This document shows positions 63,628 through 64,000 of a stretch of DNA of 64,000 nucleotides, one piece after another. The DNA is from Acidobacteriota bacterium. GTDB taxonomy: Bacteria > Acidobacteriota > Thermoanaerobaculia > Gp7-AA8. The notes beneath the pieces are model-generated. The model saw nothing but the letters and a program-made list of their open reading frames with translations. It did not search any database and was not told the origin of the DNA. The DNA lies in contig JAOBAU010000337.1 of the NCBI GenBank assembly GCA_025463165.1, forward strand, positions 1,073-65,072, written 5' to 3'. Position numbers and translations under genes: made by a program. Within the stretch, counting starts at the first letter, position 1. Each line of letters opens with the position of its first letter.

Positions 63628-64000
63628 ATGAAAAAACCGGCCCTGCTGCTCATCGTTCTCGCCTTCGGTGCCTTCCCTGCTTTTGCTCAGGTGTATCAGG
63701 GCGCCAACTCCGAATTCGGCGTGATGTTCGGCGGCGCCAAGCGCCTCGCCAGCGGGAAAGAGACGGCCGCCAACGGTGAGACGACGGAGCCGCTCGCGCC
63801 GCTGCGCAATACCGGCTTCAGCTTCCGCAACTCTGTCAAGGAAATCTACTACTCGGTCAACATCGAGCCCGACACGCGCTTCAAGGTGAAGCTCGGCGAG
63901 ATCGACACGCCGATCAGTTTCGAAGCGCGTCCGACCGGCAGCACCGCTTCGGTGCGACACAACTACGCCGATGGCACGATTCAGCACGTCGACGGGATCA
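63628..64000 (+). CDS. Hypothetical secreted protein (5' partial, runs off the window)
   Basis: Signal peptide MKKPALLLIVLAFGAFPAFA. Open to the window end. Confidence 0.5.
   Translation, partial: MKKPALLLIVLAFGAFPAFAQVYQGANSEFGVMFGGAKRLASGKETAANGETTEPLAPLRNTGFSFRNSVKEIYYSVNIEPDTRFKVKLGEIDTPISFEARPTGSTASVRHNYADGTIQHVDGI

Noticed and set aside
1-64000. tRNA or rRNA genes and mobile elements (transposase, integrase, phage).
   Set aside because: No tRNA-like T-arm or cloverleaf signatures in the intergenic regions, no rRNA-like sequence and no transposase or integrase homologues. GC content is uniform, with no obvious island. The HNH gene lacks homing or mobile context.

Overview
This 64-kb window is a very high-GC (roughly 68-70%), gene-dense chromosomal segment with about 55 protein-coding genes on both strands. 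I found no tRNA or rRNA genes, no CRISPR array and no transposase or integrase. The gene architectures point to an Acidobacteria-like soil bacterium, though that assignment is an inference. Supporting architectures are two Ser/Thr-kinase-TM-TPR fusions, a TolB-propeller-amidohydrolase fusion and a BNR/sortilin-like repeat protein. Most genes are core functions: msrA, an acyl-CoA ligase, mrp/apbC, a LOG-family gene, the rsmD-phoH-ybeY cluster, cca, trpF, pheA, uvrD, pepE, the clpS-clpA-aat N-degron cluster, def, an MFS transporter, kdsC and comF. Notable loci are listed here. (1) A bacterial alpha-2-macroglobulin (1797 aa, CVEQ thioester motif) is translationally coupled to pbpC (PBP1C). (2) On the minus strand, a YfhO-like GT-C membrane protein, a GAF-GGDEF diguanylate cyclase and a DUF4388 protein sit in tandem, divergent from a short GT4-like glycosyltransferase. 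(3) Two tandem paralogous Cys-rich small secreted proteins share a duplicated 5'UTR/RBS. They are followed by a membrane-anchored thioredoxin-fold gene and are divergent from an 8-TM protein with an internal repeat. I consider this the best candidate for an undescribed system. (4) Four intergenic hairpins built from tandem heptamers of a CTGAG/TGAGG core form a family. Two SAAKDL-type 27-bp inverted-repeat elements, of the kind common in Acidobacteria, are also present. (5) A 60-bp GC-palindromic element is inserted in-frame in uvrD. (6) A Tat-exported HisC-like aminotransferase is in an operon with a secreted protein of unknown function. (7) An orphan HNH endonuclease gene overlaps the 3' end of pbpC convergently. 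Many long antisense ORFs in the track are high-GC artefacts and were rejected.
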